From contig JAKLDQ010000003.1 of assembly GCA_022703425.1 (NCBI GenBank), positions 1,729 through 65,728 on the forward strand: a DNA stretch of 64,000 nt, given 5' to 3'. Under the pieces are notes generated by a model, which did no database searches, was not told the origin of the DNA, and worked only from the letters and a program-made list of their open reading frames with translations. This DNA is from Patescibacteria group bacterium (lineage in GTDB: Bacteria; Patescibacteriota; Minisyncoccia; Minisyncoccales; Staskawiczbacteraceae). This document shows, in pieces, positions 55,064 to 64,000 of this stretch. A program made the position numbers and the translations under genes. Positions within the stretch are counted from its first letter, which is position 1. Each line of letters opens with the position of its first letter.

Positions 55064-56299
55064 TTATTTTATAACTTTCAATCCTGTATATTTTTGCAGA
55101 ACCTTAGGCACTTTTATGCTTCCGTCCTTCTGCTGGTAATTTTCCATTATCATTATTAAGATTCTGCCTATCGCAAAAGCGGTTCCGTTAAGCGTATGCA
55201 CAAACTGCACCTTTCCTGCCTTATCGCGGTATCTGATATTAAGCCTTCTTGCCTGAAAATCTGTGCAGTTTGATGTTGAATGAGTTTCTCTGTATCTTTT
55301 TTCTGAAGGCAGCCATGTTTCGATGTCGTATTTTGCCGCCGCGGGCCTTCCTAAATCTGCCGTGCAGATATTAATCACCTGATAAGGCAATTCGAGCGCC
55401 TTCATCAGTTTTTCTTCAATAGACAAAAGCAATTGGTGTTCTTTTTTTGAGTCTTCAGGCTTTGAAAAAATAACCATTTCCATTTTATCAAACTGGTGCA
55501 CGCGCAAAATTCCTCTTGTATCTTTTCCATAAGATCCGGCCTCTCTGCGGAAGCATGTCGAGAATGCCACATATCTCAATGGCAGGTCTTTTTCGTTCAA
55601 AACTTCGTCTGAATGCATTGCAACCAGTGGCTGTTCTGATGTTCCCGCCAGATACATATCATCCTGTGGCAGATAATAAGCTTCCTGTTCGTCGGCTGCC
55701 TCAAAATATCCTGTTCCACGCGCCATTTTGTTTTTAAGCATTACGGGCGGAATTACTGGAATAAATTTCTCCTTTCTTACGGTGTCGAAGACCAGATGAA
55801 CGAGTGCAAATTCAAGCAACGGAAGTTCATTTTTTAAATAACCGAACCTCGAGCCGGCAACTTTTCCTGCGCGCTCTGTGTCAATCAAATCCAAACTTTC
55901 GCCCAATTGCATGTAATCCTTATTTGCTGAAACCGTTTTTCCCACTTTCCTTAAAACAACATTTTCTGAATCGTCTTTTCCGACAGGTACGTCATCAAAC
56001 GGAATGTTGGGAAGCTCAAGAAGCAAAAGATTAAGCTCTTCGTCAATTTTTTTGAGCTCGGGCTCCAATTCCTTAATTTTTTCCTTCAGTTCCTTTGCCT
56101 GAGAAATTAAAACATTGTTGTCTTTTCCTCCGCGCGAGATTTTATTCTGTTCGGATTTTAGAGCCTCAATTTCTGTCAGCAGTCCCCTCTTCTTTTTATC
56201 CAAGCTCAAAACTTTATCCACATCAACATGCGCCTGCTTTTTCTCGCAGGCTTCTTTTACCTTTTGCGGATTTTCCCGGATAAAATTTATATCAAGCAT
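55064..56299 (-). CDS. serS: serine--tRNA ligase
   Basis: N-terminal coiled-coil arm and class II motifs (FRRE.GS.G.DTRG..RVHQF, TLNGTA.A.GR). Confidence 0.95.
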   Translation of the reverse strand: MLDINFIRENPQKVKEACEKKQAHVDVDKVLSLDKKKRGLLTEIEALKSEQNKISRGGKDNNVLISQAKELKEKIKELEPELKKIDEELNLLLLELPNIPFDDVPVGKDDSENVVLRKVGKTVSANKDYMQLGESLDLIDTERAGKVAGSRFGYLKNELPLLEFALVHLVFDTVRKEKFIPVIPPVMLKNKMARGTGYFEAADEQEAYYLPQDDMYLAGTSEQPLVAMHSDEVLNEKDLPLRYVAFSTCFRREAGSYGKDTRGILRVHQFDKMEMVIFSKPEDSKKEHQLLLSIEEKLMKALELPYQVINICTADLGRPAAAKYDIETWLPSEKRYRETHSTSNCTDFQARRLNIRYRDKAGKVQFVHTLNGTAFAIGRILIMIMENYQQKDGSIKVPKVLQKYTGLKVIK

Positions 56300-56326
56300 G
56301 AAATGAGTGTTTATTTTGTAATAATA

Positions 56327-57787
56327 TCATTTCGGACGCATTAATGGAAAAATCTGGCACTCGCGGGCAGGTTTATCCATTAAGAATGCAAACAATCTTT
56401 CAGAAACACCGAACCCGCACGTCGGGGGCATTCCGTGTTCTAATGCCTCGATAAAATCTTTGTCGTATCTCTGGGCTTCTTCGTCTCCGAGTTCTCGAAG
56501 CTCCTGCTGTTTTGCAAATCTTTCTGCCTGGTCAATTGGATCGTTCAGTTCAGAATAGCCTTTCCCGTTTTCTGATCCCGCCAAAATAACTTGAAATCTT
56601 TGAACCAATTTCGGATTTTTTTCCATTTTCTTTGCCAATGGCTCCATAATTATCGGCACATTAATCAAAAAACCGGGTCCTGCAATGTTTTTTCTGCAAT
56701 ATTTCCAGAGATTATCAATAGCGCGGGTTATATTAAATCCTTCTTTATCGTATTTTATTCCAATTTTTTTTAATGCTTTCTCAATTTCGGGTAATCCGGC
56801 TTCGGCAATATTCACACCGGTGTATTTTGCAATTGTAGATTGATAATCGTATTTCTCCCACTTTTTATCCAAATCAATATCAAATCCCTTTATCTTGAAT
56901 TTAAGCGTTCCGAATGTTTTTTTGATTACGTATTTGTACATTTCCTCGACGAATTTCATTCCCTGCTCGTAATCGGCATACGCCCAATAAAACTCCATTT
57001 GCGTATAATCCTGCAAATGTTCTGCATCCATTCCCTCGTTTCTGAACTGTCTTCCGATTTCAAAAACCTTTTCAAATCCCGCAACCATTAATCTTTTTTG
57101 CCAAAGCTCGCCCATTGAAATGCGCATGTATAAATCCATATCCATTGCATTGTGGCGGGTGGTAAATGGTCTTGCATCTGCTCCTCCGGGAGTTGTTTCC
57201 AGAACGGGCGTTTCAACCTCCAAAAATCCTTTACTTGCCAGAAATTCGCGCATAGAATTCCAAAAAACAGACCTTTTTACAATCATATCCTTTACTTCAG
57301 GGTTAAAAACCACATCAAGATATCTTTTTCTTAAACGTTCTTCCACATCCTGAAGTCCGTGCCATTTTTCGGGCAATGGTAATAATGATTTTGCCAGCAT
57401 TTTATAATCCTCGGCTTCAATTGTCTTCTCTCCCCTTTTTGTTTTAAATAAATTTCCCTTTATTTCAATAAAATCTCCGATGTCAAAAACATCCTTAAAA
57501 AATTCAAAACCTTTCGGCCCCAATTTATCCTCCTTCAGCAGAACCTGAATTTTTCCTGTTCCGTCCTGAATATTCAAAAAAATCATTTTACCATGCTCGC
57601 GGATTGCCATAACTCTTCCTGCTAAAACGGCGTTTTTAAGTTTCCCGAAAACTTTGTCAAAACTTTTCAGCGCTTCATCAATCGAGTTTGTTTTTTTTGT
57701 TTTGGCCGGATACGCCAAAATGCCGGCTGCTTCCAGTTTTTTTAATTTTTCTATCCTTGTTTGCCGTAATTCTTCTATTGATGGCAC
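56327..57787 (-). CDS. lysS: lysine--tRNA ligase, class II
   Basis: OB anticodon-binding domain and class II motifs (FLEVETP, FRNEG, GFGVSERL). GTG start. Confidence 0.95.
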   Translation of the reverse strand: MPSIEELRQTRIEKLKKLEAAGILAYPAKTKKTNSIDEALKSFDKVFGKLKNAVLAGRVMAIREHGKMIFLNIQDGTGKIQVLLKEDKLGPKGFEFFKDVFDIGDFIEIKGNLFKTKRGEKTIEAEDYKMLAKSLLPLPEKWHGLQDVEERLRKRYLDVVFNPEVKDMIVKRSVFWNSMREFLASKGFLEVETPVLETTPGGADARPFTTRHNAMDMDLYMRISMGELWQKRLMVAGFEKVFEIGRQFRNEGMDAEHLQDYTQMEFYWAYADYEQGMKFVEEMYKYVIKKTFGTLKFKIKGFDIDLDKKWEKYDYQSTIAKYTGVNIAEAGLPEIEKALKKIGIKYDKEGFNITRAIDNLWKYCRKNIAGPGFLINVPIIMEPLAKKMEKNPKLVQRFQVILAGSENGKGYSELNDPIDQAERFAKQQELRELGDEEAQRYDKDFIEALEHGMPPTCGFGVSERLFAFLMDKPARECQIFPLMRPK

Positions 57788-57907
57788 TTTATAATAGCTT
57801 TCAGTTTTTGGCTGTCAGCTGGTTAGAAATATTGTATAATTGTAGCAAAATTAAAAACAGCGGTAAAGATTGTTGACATTACACGGAGAAAATGATATAT
57901 AAATTCA

Positions 57908-58029
57908 GAAAGCGGAAACTGCCTTTAGGGTTCATATTACAATTACAAGGAAATGCCTCCCAGGCAAGGCGCCGTCATGCACTTGTGTTCACCCGACACT
58001 CCCACAAGAGCATACGGCGCTCTTTTTTT
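57908..58029 (+). ncRNA. candidate ~120-nt sRNA, antisense to the lysS upstream region
   Basis: TTGACA(57873)-17-TATATA(57896) promoter and a terminator ending ...CGGCGCUCU-U7 at 58007-58029. The 3' ~65 nt are homologous to the 3' module of ncRNA C. Confidence 0.35.
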
Positions 58030-58038
58030 GCATGGCTG

Positions 58039-58064
58039 AACGGCTCACTCCGGAGTGAGCCGTT
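58039..58064. terminator. 26-nt perfect palindrome AACGGCTCACTCCGGAGTGAGCCGTT (hairpin family)
   Basis: Identical to 26445-26470. Lies just after the mrdA stop. Confidence 0.7.
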
Positions 58065-58075
58065 TGCGAATCTGC

Positions 58076-60004
58076 CTATCTTGAGAAATACCAATTTAAT
58101 ACATCATGGGCAACAGGCAGTGTTGCAGAGCGAAGCCCCGAAACACGCTCGATTGTCACAGTTATGACAATTTCCGGGTCATCATACGGCGCAAATGCCG
58201 AAGTCCAGGTGTTATAATGCCCCTCAACGCCGATTTCAGCCGTTCCTGTTTTGGATGCAACAGAAACCGGCAGCGAACTTAAATAATGAGCCGAACCGTC
58301 GGCTTTTGTCACCGCCATACGCATTCCCTCGCGAACAATCTGAAGATTTTCGTCGTCAATAAAATTACTTCTAATAACTTCGGGCTTGAACTCCTTCAAA
58401 ATTGACGGAGAGCCGGACGATGTATCTATTACCTTTTGAACAATTTGCGGACGATAAAGCGTTCCGTTGTTTGCAATTGCGCAATAAGCTGCCGCAACCT
58501 GCAAGGGCGTCACCATCAGATCTGACTGTCCGATAGATAAGTTATAAGTATCGCCGTTCCACCACGGCTCTTTTTTTGTTTGTTTTTTCCATTCAGGAGT
58601 CGGAATAAAACCCGAAAACTCTCCGGGCATGTCAACGCCTGTTTTTTCTCCCCAGCCGAAAAGCTCAAGATATTTTTTAATTCTTGCCGGTCCTAATCCC
58701 TGCTGATCTCCATATCCGCCTCCGACTGTGTAAAAATAAATGTTTGATGACACGGCGATTGCCTCTCTCATATCAACCATTCCGTGCGGAGTAACCCCGC
58801 CGAACCGATAAGACACGCTAGGGTCATTTTGACTGTAAACGACAATATACCCAGGGTCATTTATCTTTTTTAATGGAGAAATAAGTTTCTCCTGCAAGGC
58901 GCCCGATGCCTCAAACGGTTTTATCGTTGAACCCGTTGGATATTGGGCGGCAATTGCCCGGTTAAAAAGCGGCCGGTCGGGATCGTTTTGAATTTTGTTG
59001 TAATCGTTTAATGAAATTCCTTTTGAAAATAGATTGTTGTCATATGAAGGATAGGAAACCATTGCCAAAACAGCGCCCGTGCGCGGATCCATTGCAACTG
59101 CCGCACCTTTTTTTGAGCCGATGCTTTTTATGCTTTTTTCAAGCGAGTTGTATAGCTGGGTTTGAAGATCTGCGTCTATGTTTAAAACAATATTGTTTCC
59201 TGAAACCGGCTCTTTAACGATGTCGTTGCTGACCTCCTGGCCCAGAGCTGTTCTGTTTGCTTTTAATTCGCCCGGCTTTCCCCTTAAATAGCTTTCATAA
59301 GATTTTTCTATGCCTGTTTTTCCGAGATAGTCATTGAGCGCATATCCGCTTACCTGTCCGAGTTCTTTCTCGTTAATTCTTCCGGTATAACCCAAAACGG
59401 GAGACATAATTTCTGCCAGCGGATATTCCCGCGAGGTGTTTTTGTCTATCCGACAAGCAGTAAGCCGGTTCATTTTTGTTTCCAAAACCAGAAGATTTTC
59501 CTGCGGAATATTTTCAGCCACAAGAACCTGCGGAGATATGGATACATCAAATAGAGCGGAAATTTCCGTTGTCGGCTTGCCGAGAGAAATAGCTAATTCG
59601 TTAAAATAATCAAAAGCGCTGCTTTGAGATTCGATTTTTCTTTTATCACAAATCAGGTCGTATGCGGGCGAGTTAAAAACCAGCTTCTTTGAGTTCCGGT
59701 CATAAATAATCCCGCGCTCAGGCCTAATAAACGCAATTGCGCCCTTGTTGTTCTCTGAAATGTTCAGATACGCCGCTCCTTGGATCGCCTGAAGAAAAAA
59801 AGTTTTGGAAAATAATATTCCGGCGAACACAAAAAAAATAAAAAAGAGGGAATATGCAATTTTCTCCTGCAACGGAACTTCGAGTTTCTTTTCAGAAATT
59901 CCCATTTCGATCTGGCTTGTGTGCGCCATTTTATCCAAAAAAACTTCATGCGGTTCAATGCTTCCGTAGGAACTGTGAATTTTGTAATTTTTTTTGAAAA
60001 ACAT
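58076..60004 (-). CDS. mrdA: penicillin-binding protein 2 (class B transpeptidase)
   Basis: N-terminal anchor, PBP dimerisation domain, STIKPF (SxxK), SSN and KTGTA. Follows mreC-mreD. Confidence 0.92.
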   Translation of the reverse strand: MFFKKNYKIHSSYGSIEPHEVFLDKMAHTSQIEMGISEKKLEVPLQEKIAYSLFFIFFVFAGILFSKTFFLQAIQGAAYLNISENNKGAIAFIRPERGIIYDRNSKKLVFNSPAYDLICDKRKIESQSSAFDYFNELAISLGKPTTEISALFDVSISPQVLVAENIPQENLLVLETKMNRLTACRIDKNTSREYPLAEIMSPVLGYTGRINEKELGQVSGYALNDYLGKTGIEKSYESYLRGKPGELKANRTALGQEVSNDIVKEPVSGNNIVLNIDADLQTQLYNSLEKSIKSIGSKKGAAVAMDPRTGAVLAMVSYPSYDNNLFSKGISLNDYNKIQNDPDRPLFNRAIAAQYPTGSTIKPFEASGALQEKLISPLKKINDPGYIVVYSQNDPSVSYRFGGVTPHGMVDMREAIAVSSNIYFYTVGGGYGDQQGLGPARIKKYLELFGWGEKTGVDMPGEFSGFIPTPEWKKQTKKEPWWNGDTYNLSIGQSDLMVTPLQVAAAYCAIANNGTLYRPQIVQKVIDTSSGSPSILKEFKPEVIRSNFIDDENLQIVREGMRMAVTKADGSAHYLSSLPVSVASKTGTAEIGVEGHYNTWTSAFAPYDDPEIVITVTIERVSGLRSATLPVAHDVLNWYFSR

Positions 60005-60005
60005 A

Positions 60006-60533
60006 TTAAAACAGCCTCAGTTGCGGTTTTTCTCGGCGGTAGAATTTCTTAAACAAATTAAAAAACGCAAACGCGATCAGCAGATTTAGGAAAAGCTCAG
60101 CCACAGATTTCCAGTCGAATCCGATAAAAACATCGGACAAACCGAGCAGTTTCAATACTACATTAAGCGACAGCGCATAGGCAATAAAACAGACCGTAAA
60201 CATCGGCAGAAAATACTCCAGAGGATGGCGCTCGTCAGTCTCCCGGAGTCCCAGAAGAATTTTTTTAATCAAAACACCCAGAAAAACCAGCAATATTATT
60301 GATACGCCAAAATACGCATTTGAGAGCAAATCTAAAAAAAATCCTGCTATCAGCGCAGAAAAAAAACCCTGGTCAAAATTTTCATATTCCTCGAAGAAGA
60401 CAAATAAAAAGAAAAAAATAAACAACAGATTTGGAATAATTCCTAAAAACGCAAACTGAAAAAAAAAGCTTGTTTGAAGCAAAGAAATAATATAAAACGA
60501 TGCAAGAATAGCCAAATATTTTACCCAACTCAT
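60006..60533 (-). CDS. mreD: rod shape-determining protein MreD
   Basis: 175-aa polytopic membrane protein between mreC and mrdA. Confidence 0.72.
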   Translation of the reverse strand: MSWVKYLAILASFYIISLLQTSFFFQFAFLGIIPNLLFIFFFLFVFFEEYENFDQGFFSALIAGFFLDLLSNAYFGVSIILLVFLGVLIKKILLGLRETDERHPLEYFLPMFTVCFIAYALSLNVVLKLLGLSDVFIGFDWKSVAELFLNLLIAFAFFNLFKKFYRREKPQLRLF

Positions 60534-60534
60534 A

Positions 60535-61365
60535 CTATTCTTTTTTATAGTCCAAAATTACGAAGAGCTTGTTTGCGGTTTTTGCGTCAAAAAACGGCTG
60601 AACTTTTGCCTGCTGAAAAGGCTTCTGATCATCCTTAAAACATGCTGTAATTCTGCCGACAAGCAATCCCTTTGGGAAAATTCCTTCAAGCGCGGATGTC
60701 ACGAGAGTATCGTTTTCATTAATTTCGCAGTTAAACGGGATTAAATCCAGAAACAAGCCTAATTTTCCATCACCTTTAATGACGCCATAAACGGGAGGGG
60801 CCATTGGATCCTCGTTTAAAATTTTTACATCTACAACACTGTTTTTATCGGAAATAAGTACAATTTTTGAAAAATTTTTATAAACCTCCGAGACTTTTCC
60901 AAAGAGAACCTTTTCGGCATTTATGACTGCCATATTTTCTGATACTCCGTCCAGCGCGCCTTTATTAATCAGAAGTGAATTCTGATAGGTATCAAAACCG
61001 ATGGCTTCAACAGCCAGCAAATCAAAATTTCTTTCGGGATCGGATAAAATCATGCCTCTGATTGCCTCTGTAAGCTGTTGTTGTTCCTGTAAGTTGGAAA
61101 CTTTTGCCAGAAGCGCCTGATTTTCCTCGCGGAGTTTGAAATTTTCGGCAGAAATTTTCCCCGCGTTTAAAAAAGAAGCAATAAATCCCGAGGCACTCTC
61201 CCCTGCCCTCCAAAATTTCTGTTGCAAGGGCGAGGACGATGAATAAAAAATGTTCCTTAGGTTTTGCGCAAAAAGATTTAGCCCGGCGACAAGGATAAGC
61301 AAAAATACAATTCCAATCAAAAACTTCGGTAACGCTATTCTTTTTTTATTTAGAAAAACATCCAT
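60535..61365 (-). CDS. mreC: rod shape-determining protein MreC
   Basis: TM anchor, coiled coil (ENQALLAKVSNLQEQQQL) and beta-barrel region (VVDVKIL...GVIKG, GIFPKGLLVGRI). Confidence 0.88.
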   Translation of the reverse strand: MDVFLNKKRIALPKFLIGIVFLLILVAGLNLFAQNLRNIFYSSSSPLQQKFWRAGESASGFIASFLNAGKISAENFKLREENQALLAKVSNLQEQQQLTEAIRGMILSDPERNFDLLAVEAIGFDTYQNSLLINKGALDGVSENMAVINAEKVLFGKVSEVYKNFSKIVLISDKNSVVDVKILNEDPMAPPVYGVIKGDGKLGLFLDLIPFNCEINENDTLVTSALEGIFPKGLLVGRITACFKDDQKPFQQAKVQPFFDAKTANKLFVILDYKKE

Positions 61366-61489
61366 GCCGTTTTTTTTGGCTTTAATCTTTTGTCATTTTA
61401 TACTGCGTATTTTATTTATGCAAATTATTTATGCACACAGCACTAATTAAATATTAATTAACGCAAAAAAAATCCGCATTTCTGCGGTT

Positions 61490-61711
61490 TTATGTTTGCG
61501 AGATTGCGAAGGTTATTATTCTGAAAGCCTCGGCATAAGATATGCCCGGCACAAATGCACCGAAAAGTTTTCGATGTTTTGCCTCAGGTGTTTTTGGGGG
61601 GTCCCGAAGAATCTCTCTAAGCTTTGCTATCGCCTTGCCGTGTTCGTGAGTCCTGTGTGGAATGGCTTCCGTTGCCATTATTACTTTTTGAATGAGGTAC
61701 GGATAGTTCAT
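61490..61711 (-). CDS. hypothetical small protein
   Basis: ATG 61711 preceded by AAAGGAAACTCC, giving 73 aa. It overlaps the tail of the upstream ORF in another frame. Confidence 0.3.
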   Translation of the reverse strand: MNYPYLIQKVIMATEAIPHRTHEHGKAIAKLREILRDPPKTPEAKHRKLFGAFVPGISYAEAFRIITFAISQT

Positions 61712-61940
61712 GGAGTTTCCTTTTTCTGATGAAGGACTTGAGAATTTCGTGGCATACAATAACAGCGATTGCCAAAGAACATACGGCGAAAAATGCGCCC
61801 GTAATGCCGAGAAAAGCATCGCCCGAATCCAAAAATTCGCTTAGATGCTTGCATCCGAATGCAAGCAACACTGCGCACATTGACACCGCGAGAAAAAGAA
61901 AGCCTCTTTCACTTTCCCTTTTCTTTAATCCGGTAACCAT
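61617..61940 (-). CDS. hypothetical 2-TM membrane protein
   Basis: GTGAGGTAGGATT precedes the ATG. Two hydrophobic helices. The low-complexity tail may be an over-extension. Confidence 0.35.
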   Translation of the reverse strand: MVTGLKKRESERGFLFLAVSMCAVLLAFGCKHLSEFLDSGDAFLGITGAFFAVCSLAIAVIVCHEILKSFIRKRKLHELSVPHSKSNNGNGSHSTQDSRTRQGDSKA

Positions 61941-62082
61941 AATCCTACCTCACTTCCCTGCAAAAACTATTCCTGGGGGGGGTAAATTGTCAAAAGAACC
62001 GTTGATTTAGACACTAGCATAAATTCCAAAAAATGCAATCTGGTGAAAATCTGCAAATAAAAAAATGCCCGGAATTGAGCAT

Positions 62083-62277
62083 TTAAAAAATAGTTCTTTT
62101 TATATAAATGATGTTCCAAATATATGTGGCTGAGAGCGTTCCAAAAATGCAAACCAAGAAAATACTGGGGAAATTCTGTACCTTCAATGCCGAAATCAGA
62201 CAATAAATAAATAGAAAAAAACTGATGGCAAACAAAATAAGGTTGATCAAAATATAATCACGGATGATTTTTCGCAT
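62083..62277 (-). CDS. hypothetical small 2-TM membrane protein
   Basis: ATG 62277 preceded by AGGAG 8 nt upstream. The ORF-track extension would overlap the 5S rRNA. Confidence 0.35.
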   Translation of the reverse strand: MRKIIRDYILINLILFAISFFLFIYCLISALKVQNFPSIFLVCIFGTLSATYIWNIIYIKRTIF

Positions 62278-62320
62278 TCTAGAACTCCTGCCTAAATCAA
62301 GGTACAAAAAAATTGAGCAC

Positions 62321-62433
62321 TTTAGTGGCAACTACCTACTTTCGCGAAAACACTATCATCGGCCTTGGAGTATTTCACTTCTGAGTTCGAAATGGGATCA
62401 GGTGGGACAACTCCAGTATAGTCGCCACTAAAA
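62321..62433 (-). rRNA. rrf: 5S ribosomal RNA
   Basis: The reverse complement contains CCCACCUGAUCCCAUUUCGAACUCAGAAGUGAAA, and helix I pairs UUUAGUGGCGAC.../...GUUGCCACUAAA. Confidence 0.9.
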
Positions 62434-62544
62434 CGCTCAATTAATACGCTTTTTTTCAAAAATACACAAAATCTGTATCTATCTTCCGCAAAGTGCGGAG
62501 AAACCTACATGTGAAATATGCATTTAATATGCTCATCCTGAGTT

Positions 62545-64000
<1,456 letters not shown>

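Noticed and set aside
57892-58167. 91-aa plus-strand ORF with GGAG before its ATG
   Set aside because: It reads through two terminator hairpins into the antisense of mrdA and has basic junk composition. Its start coincides with the -10 box of a consensus promoter, so it is treated as an sRNA instead (low confidence).

Overview
AT-rich, gene-dense bacterial segment. Its content suggests a Patescibacteria/CPR-type genome (inference from content only): streamlined housekeeping genes, mur/dcw genes split over two loci, a sortase next to a huge Cys-rich surface protein, a free-standing LAGLIDADG gene and many tiny membrane ORFs. About 65 CDS are supported. Bases 1-7.8 kb run on the plus strand (murD'-ftsW-murG-gltX, a tyrosine-recombinase pair, a LAGLIDADG endonuclease). 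Most of the rest is on the minus strand: uppS, pyrG, rplI, ctpA, hrcA-grpE-dnaK-dnaJ, rnhA, dnaX, murF-degT-femAB-ftsQ, serS, lysS, mreC-mreD-mrdA. A plus-strand block holds DUF2207, a CDP-alcohol transferase, cysS, dnaB and recR. RNA genes are tRNA-Ala(GGC), tRNA-Lys(UUU), tRNA-Gln(UUG), 5S rRNA and the 3' ~1.45 kb of 23S rRNA (minus strand, running off the window). Main second-look items follow. (1) Three G+C-rich, ORF-free blocks (13.3-14.5 kb as two tandem units; 43.1-43.6 kb) are each bracketed on the minus strand by a near-consensus TTGACA-17-TAnnAT promoter and an intrinsic terminator, so they are candidate large structured ncRNAs of a class I cannot recognise. One shares a ~70-nt 3' module, with compensatory stem changes, with a ~120-nt candidate sRNA at 57.9 kb. 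(2) A tRNA-Ala-like gene has its anticodon loop replaced by a 94-nt rod-like structured segment. (3) The 13-mer TTATTGTGCGACA occurs 7 times exactly, strand-polarised and mostly 1-13 nt after stop codons. (4) The LAGLIDADG gene is bracketed by direct copies of that motif, next to a degenerate recombinase/nuclease-like fusion and a canonical Xer-type recombinase. (5) A sortase lies beside a 1,185-aa Cys-rich repeat protein, and two proteins share a non-LPXTG C-terminal sorting-like module. (6) MurF carries a polytopic membrane N-terminus. No CRISPR array, transposase or obvious known defence system was seen.
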